Assembly (NCBI RefSeq): GCF_902652985.1
Contig: NC_047017.1
Coordinates: forward strand, 47,244,001 to 47,308,000
DNA from: Pecten maximus
Taxonomy: Eukaryota
Length of the DNA: 64,000 bases
Direction: 5' to 3'
This document shows, piece by piece, positions 63,881-64,000 of this stretch. The notes under the pieces are model-generated. The model was not told the origin of the DNA. It ran no database searches and was given only the letters and a program-made list of their open reading frames with translations. Positions within the stretch are counted from its first letter, which is position 1. Each line of letters opens with the position of its first letter. The position numbers and the translations under genes were made by a program.

Positions 63881-63984
63881 CTGATTCTACAGGAACGCAT
63901 TCCTATTACGCCACCTTTAGTAATTGTGAGATCATGTTCCATGTGTCCACCCTCCTCCCCTTCACACCTAGTAATAAACAGCAG
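63881..63984 (+). CDS. SIPA1L: SIPA1L coding exon 6 (RapGAP domain); gene continues beyond the window
   Basis: [35 protein letters not shown]; donor CAG|GTAAGT at 63985. Confidence 0.96.
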
Positions 63985-64000
63985 GTAAGTGTCAACTAAT

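Overview
Eukaryotic, AT-rich animal genomic DNA, most likely from a bivalve mollusc. That host call is an inference from the SINE, Helentron and CR1-type repeats and the cGLR architecture. From left to right the window holds: (1) an apparently intact two-ORF non-LTR retrotransposon (ORF1 plus APE-RT-CCHC ORF2, 1-4760); (2) a repeat-rich region with minisatellites, two foldback/MITE-like elements and a fossil PNMA/Gypsy-type gag; (3) a two-exon cGAS-like receptor gene (Mab-21 nucleotidyltransferase) fused to a TPR-like C-terminus (14412-16821), with intact catalytic residues, one apparent frameshift near 15700, and kB-like and IRF-like motifs upstream; (4) scrambled CR1 fragments and two assembly gaps; (5) the 5' part of a SIPA1-like Rap GTPase-activating protein gene, with six coding exons at 52144-63984 that continue past the window and a probable promoter near 20.0-20.3 kb. 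The SIPA1L introns carry a miniature LTR element with tRNA-derived LTRs, SINEs, a Helentron-type element carrying a 155-bp satellite, and many minisatellites. No CRISPR, rRNA or bona fide tRNA gene is supported. All coordinates, translations and motif calls were read by eye; no database searches were run.
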